DNA from: Chlorobiaceae bacterium
GTDB taxonomy: Bacteria; Bacteroidota; Chlorobiia; Chlorobiales; Chlorobiaceae
NCBI GenBank assembly: GCA_013334225.1
Contig: JAAXXY010000006.1
Coordinates: 10,144 to 74,143, forward strand
Length of the DNA: 64,000 nucleotides
Direction: 5' to 3'
Shown here: one piece after another, positions 59,877 through 64,000 of the stretch
Layout: each line of letters opens with the position of its first letter
Position numbering within the stretch: the first letter of the stretch is position 1
Made by a program: the position numbers and the translations under genes
The notes under the pieces: generated by a model
Told to the model about the DNA's origin: nothing
Seen by the model: only the letters and a program-made list of their open reading frames with translations
Databases searched by the model: none

Positions 59877-61994
59877 TCAACGCAGAGCGGCAGCTATGTT
59901 GCCTCCGTCCACGGTGACGATCGATCCTGTTGTTTTTGTTTCAAGCGCAAGATGCACAAAAGCCTGCGCAACGTCATCGGCCGTCACCTCGATCTGCAAT
60001 AGGTTACCGGCCATATATTCTCTTTCGCTCAATCCCCTTGCAGAAGAGCGGGACTTGATCATTTCGGCGGTCAGAAGACCGGTACGGATACGGTCGGCAT
60101 TGATACCGTTGGCACGGATGCCATCGCGGCCGTGATCGAGCGCATACTGGCGCACGAGGAACATCGTTGCAGCTTTAGGCAGGCCGTACGGACCGAAATC
60201 GGGCCCCGGGTTCACGGCCTGCTTTGAAACGTTGTAGAGCAGGACGCCGCCGGTTCCCTGCAGCCTCATGACTCTGACGGCCTCCTGGGAAATGTATTGA
60301 TGCGAGAAAAAGTTCAGTTCGAAACTCTTGCGAAGCAGTTCATCGGCCACATCTCCGATACGTCCCTGGAAAGCCGCCCCTACGTTCGATACGACAATGT
60401 CCACCCCGCCGAATTTCCGGCAGGCGCCATCGAATGCTGCCCGGACATCTTTACGCGACGTGACGTCGCAGGTCATGGCAAGGAGGGTTCCGCCAATCTC
60501 TTTGGCAGCATGGTCGAGCGCCTCCCGGGAAAGGTCGAGGATAACAAGTTCCGCACCTTTCTGGCGGAAAGCTTTCGCGGTCGCGAACCCGATTCCGCTG
60601 GCCGCACCGGTCACCATGACAACCTTTCCGGCAAAAACATCGTTGTGCACCTTGTTCATCTTGGCCTGCTCCATATCCCAGTATTCTATCTCGAACGCCT
60701 GGCGATCGTCGATCGACTCGAAGCAGCCGAGCGATTCCGCGTCGAGGATCGCCGAAGCGGTACTTGCCGCTATATCGGCATTGACCGTCGCCGCATGGGA
60801 ATTCTTCCCGAGACCGAACAATCCGAGTCCCGGTACAAGCACAACCCTCGGAAGGGGATCGAGCATGCTGACCTTAAGCCCCGTTTCCTGATGCTGGGTG
60901 TTAAAATACCCGGTATATTCCTCACAATATCGATCAACCGCATCATGAACAGCCTGTCTGAAACCGGCAAGATCGGAAGCATCCGGAGCAGGAACAACAA
61001 GAGGCTTGTTTTTCGTACGGATAATGAAATCCGGGGTCATCGCACCTTTCTGGCTCATCTGCAAGAGATCGACGCTGTTGACATAGTCGAGAATCTCGGG
61101 TGAAGTCCTGAAATCGAGAATGAACTGTTCGTAATCTCGCATTCCCGGAATTTTCTCTTCGACACATGCCCCTCTGATCACAGCGGCGACATCTTCCTGT
61201 GAAGCGATCGAAGCCGGCAGGGATAACCTGGCAAACTGTTTTCTTCCTGCCGCGGATATTCTCCGCTCTATGCGGGTGACCGCGTCAATCATCCGGTCGT
61301 AGGCTTCCTTTGCCGTATTTCCGAAAGTAACCAGCCCATGCTTCTGCAATACCAGCCCTTCGATATTGTTGTCGGCTTCATAGACATCGTGGGCCGACAG
61401 TGCAAGATGAAGCCCCGGCTTGATGTATGGAACCGAACCGAACCCCTCTCCGAGCACCTCTTTACAGAGTTTCTCGCCGTCAGGCTGGTTGCTCAGGGTC
61501 AGCAGTGCAAGTGAATGCGTATGCAGGATGTAACGATGCGGCAGGAATGCGTGAAGCAGGGTTTCGATAGAGGGTGTCAGGCGCTTTTCGGCCATATGGT
61601 CCGTGAGGCTGAAGAGATTCAAAAGCAGGATATGCTTGAACTCTTTCGTAGAAAAACGCTGCAGTTCTTCTTCGCTTATCCGGTCGTTCTCTTTGAAAAG
61701 ATGTCCAAGATTACGAAGGGGAGCAAGCTTGACCGGTGTATAATCATGACCGGTTACCTGGCTGAGGTCTACACCACTGGCCTTTATCAGAAGCACATCG
61801 ACACGGTTTCCGACCATGTCGACAAGTTCGCATTTTGCAGATGTATTGCCCCCTCCGTGCATGACAAGTGAATTTTCGCTGCCAAGCAGCCTTGAAACAT
61901 AGACAAGCTCGGCCAGCTCCGAAGCAAGTTCGGGAGTTCCGGAAAACTCCTCTGCGGAGCGTTGAAGGTCAGCATCATTCCAGCTGTTCTGCAT
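59877..61994 (-). CDS. Bifunctional class II aldolase / SDR fusion (rhamnulose-1-P aldolase/dehydrogenase-like)
   Basis: HGGGNTS.K, KASG, PSIET.LH, HTH, KHGLVT, TPD, EYW..E.AK; then TGAASGIG and YGLPK. Confidence 0.9.
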   Translation of the reverse strand: MQNSWNDADLQRSAEEFSGTPELASELAELVYVSRLLGSENSLVMHGGGNTSAKCELVDMVGNRVDVLLIKASGVDLSQVTGHDYTPVKLAPLRNLGHLFKENDRISEEELQRFSTKEFKHILLLNLFSLTDHMAEKRLTPSIETLLHAFLPHRYILHTHSLALLTLSNQPDGEKLCKEVLGEGFGSVPYIKPGLHLALSAHDVYEADNNIEGLVLQKHGLVTFGNTAKEAYDRMIDAVTRIERRISAAGRKQFARLSLPASIASQEDVAAVIRGACVEEKIPGMRDYEQFILDFRTSPEILDYVNSVDLLQMSQKGAMTPDFIIRTKNKPLVVPAPDASDLAGFRQAVHDAVDRYCEEYTGYFNTQHQETGLKVSMLDPLPRVVLVPGLGLFGLGKNSHAATVNADIAASTASAILDAESLGCFESIDDRQAFEIEYWDMEQAKMNKVHNDVFAGKVVMVTGAASGIGFATAKAFRQKGAELVILDLSREALDHAAKEIGGTLLAMTCDVTSRKDVRAAFDGACRKFGGVDIVVSNVGAAFQGRIGDVADELLRKSFELNFFSHQYISQEAVRVMRLQGTGGVLLYNVSKQAVNPGPDFGPYGLPKAATMFLVRQYALDHGRDGIRANGINADRIRTGLLTAEMIKSRSSARGLSEREYMAGNLLQIEVTADDVAQAFVHLALETKTTGSIVTVDGGNIAAALR

Positions 61995-62069
61995 AGTGAT
62001 AATGTACTTCTCACACCTCTTCGGTGTGTTTGGTTGATAAATTTGAAACAGGCAGCAGGAACCATTCCA

Positions 62070-62306
62070 TTACACAAGGCCCTGTTTCTTTTTATGCCAG
62101 CCTTCGATCCAGAATCCCGCAAAATAGATCATGAGAAAACCGGGAATCACGATGGAAAGAAAGATGAGCTTGTCCTCTACTGTCAGCAACTGGCCGGAAG
62201 ACCAGACCATCCAGACCAGTACATACCAGCCCGGCCCGACAAAGAGAAACATGGTATTCCAGAGTTTTTTAAAACTGTATTTCATGGAGTGTACGACATT
62301 GTTCAC
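62070..62306 (-). CDS. Small 2-TM hypothetical protein
   Basis: 78-aa hydrophobic ORF starting 10 nt after the bchF/V stop, with GAGGA RBS. Confidence 0.7.
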   Translation of the reverse strand: MNNVVHSMKYSFKKLWNTMFLFVGPGWYVLVWMVWSSGQLLTVEDKLIFLSIVIPGFLMIYFAGFWIEGWHKKKQGLV

Positions 62307-62316
62307 TTTGATCCTC

Positions 62317-62790
62317 TTACAGATGCCCTTCCATTCTCATTCTGCGTTCATTTCGTTTTTCAAGTATGATCCTTATCAGGTACTGCATTGCGTTGATCAC
62401 ATAGGTGAAATAGGCGATATAGGCATCCCAGACCAACACTTCACGGGGATAATCAAAGAAAGCGAGATAAAAATAAAAGAGATGGAAAAACGCAGCGACG
62501 GTACTGCCGATATCTTCCCAGAGAAATTCTTTCGAGTATACCCACTGATCGAAAATCTCTTTCTCGAAAAACATTCCGGTCGTAAAAAGCAGTGCAAAAA
62601 ACAGTGTCTTGAAAAGGATGGCTATGCTGACCCAGTAAAAACTGTTCTGAAAGAATCCGTTCACATAAAGAGTGGTAACAGTAACGCCGGCAACGAAAAA
62701 AATGAACTGGACCGGAGCAAGAATGATCTGGATATCTGTCCAGACTGAAGCATTTCTTTTGGCGAGCTGTTCCGGAGTATAGCGAGGCAT
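62317..62790 (-). CDS. bchF: 3-vinyl (bacterio)chlorophyllide hydratase, BchF/BchV family
   Basis: YTPEQL..RN.S.WT..Q.ILAP.QF, TG..FEK..F, F.WED, Y..NA.QY. Confidence 0.88.
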   Translation of the reverse strand: MPRYTPEQLAKRNASVWTDIQIILAPVQFIFFVAGVTVTTLYVNGFFQNSFYWVSIAILFKTLFFALLFTTGMFFEKEIFDQWVYSKEFLWEDIGSTVAAFFHLFYFYLAFFDYPREVLVWDAYIAYFTYVINAMQYLIRIILEKRNERRMRMEGHL

Positions 62791-63165
62791 CTTGAATTTG
62801 TACTTGACTTAACAGTTTATGGCGACAAGGGAGTAAGGTTCTGAGATGGATATTAACCCCACCCAGGCCTCAAACCATAAAGCATGGAATATAGCAAAAT
62901 AGCGGAGAGAGAAAAACTCCAGGGCAGAGAATGAAAGAGGAAGAGAGAGCAAATCCGGTGCTTCAGCATGAACTGCATGGGCCACTACAGAAAGATTGTA
63001 TATGAAAGGTGCAGTGTAAATTTGCAAAGGATGATCGAATACGTATATATTTTGTATTGCATGGTAAATAAATATTCAATTGTGGTTTAACAGGAAAAGG
63101 GATAAAAAAGCCCTCAATATGCAATAATAACCTGAAGTATCCATTAATCCCTAAGAACATCGACC

Positions 63166-64000
63166 ATGAATGCTCCTCGTTCCTTTCTCACTCTTATGCT
63201 TGCACTGTCTTGGTCATCAACCGCGATGGCTGCAGATGTCGTGAAAATAGCCCTTACAGGACCTTTTTCCGGAGGATCGGCTCCGATGGGCGTTTCGATG
63301 AGAGACGGCTCAAAACTGGCTATTTCCCAGATCAATAAGAAAGGCGGCATTGACGTAGCGGGAAAGAAAATGAAAATCGAGATCATAGAAAGGGATGATG
63401 AAGGCAAAAACGACCGGGGTGCTCTGATTGCTCAGGAGGTATCGTCGATGAATGATGTCTCGGCGGTTATCGGCACCGTCAATACCGGGATTGCCATCAT
63501 GGGAGACAAATATTATGTGCAGAAAGGGATCGTCAAAATCATCAGTCCTGCCGCAGGAAGCGCGTCCATGACCCAGTGGAGCAAGGCCGGAATCCAGGAT
63601 CTTCCGATTTTCAGGTTTGCCGCCCACGATGGCATCCAGTCGCAGATGGTTGTGGAACAGGCTGTAAAACTCGGCGCCACGAAGGTTGCGGTCCTGCATG
63701 ACGATACCAATTACGGTGTTTCGGGACGTGATGACCTTCTCTCGCAGATCCGGAATCAGGGAGGAAAACTGAAAGTGGTTGCCATCGAAAAGTTTGCGAT
63801 CGGTGACAAGGACATGACCGGGCAGCTTATGAAGGCAAAAATCGCCGGGGCCCAGGCAATCCTGATCTGGGGTATCGGACCCGAACTGGCTGCAGTAGCT
63901 TCCGGAAAAAAGAAACTCGGATACAATGTACCGATGATCGGCGGATGGACACTGTCGATGAGCAACTTTATCGATACGGCAGGTCCTGCCGGTAACGGAG
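63166..64000 (+). CDS. Branched-chain amino acid-type ABC substrate-binding protein (partial; runs off the window edge)
   Basis: Manual translation MNAPRSFLTLMLALSWSSTAMAADVVKIALTGPFSGGSAPMG..., IN..GGI, RDDE, HDDTNYG; not in the ORF track. Confidence 0.85.
   Translation, partial: MNAPRSFLTLMLALSWSSTAMAADVVKIALTGPFSGGSAPMGVSMRDGSKLAISQINKKGGIDVAGKKMKIEIIERDDEGKNDRGALIAQEVSSMNDVSAVIGTVNTGIAIMGDKYYVQKGIVKIISPAAGSASMTQWSKAGIQDLPIFRFAAHDGIQSQMVVEQAVKLGATKVAVLHDDTNYGVSGRDDLLSQIRNQGGKLKVVAIEKFAIGDKDMTGQLMKAKIAGAQAILIWGIGPELAAVASGKKKLGYNVPMIGGWTLSMSNFIDTAGPAGNG

Noticed and set aside
1-64000. CRISPR array, transposase or prophage structural genes
   Set aside because: No regularly spaced repeats and no such ORFs were recognised.

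Overview
Chromosomal window from a green sulfur bacterium (Chlorobiaceae, inferred from a crtU-type desaturase, a bchF/bchV-family hydratase, a CsmB-like protein and a form IV RuBisCO-like protein). Most of it is housekeeping: aat, uvrD, dxs, pgpA/pgsA, mutS2, pdxJ-rdgB-uppP, an Mla-like ABC system, crtU, queG, purH/purN/purF, queE, nfo, ftsX, tRNA-Ala(GGC), dksA-ileS and manC-galE-rfbBDCA. Three regions stand out. (1) A minus-strand cluster, bchF/V - small membrane protein - class II aldolase/SDR fusion - orphan LsrF thiolase - RLP - SDR, suggests an uncharacterised 5-carbon sugar-phosphate salvage route, possibly for the radical-SAM by-product 5'-deoxyadenosine. (2) An unannotated ~190-nt nested, G-U-rich RNA structure lies after msrA, next to a truncated phage-repressor-like gene with repeated operator-like motifs. 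(3) A ~12.5-kb accessory block of detoxification-type genes separates purH from purN. I saw no CRISPR array, transposase or integrase. All calls come from motif recognition only; no database searches or folding programs were run.
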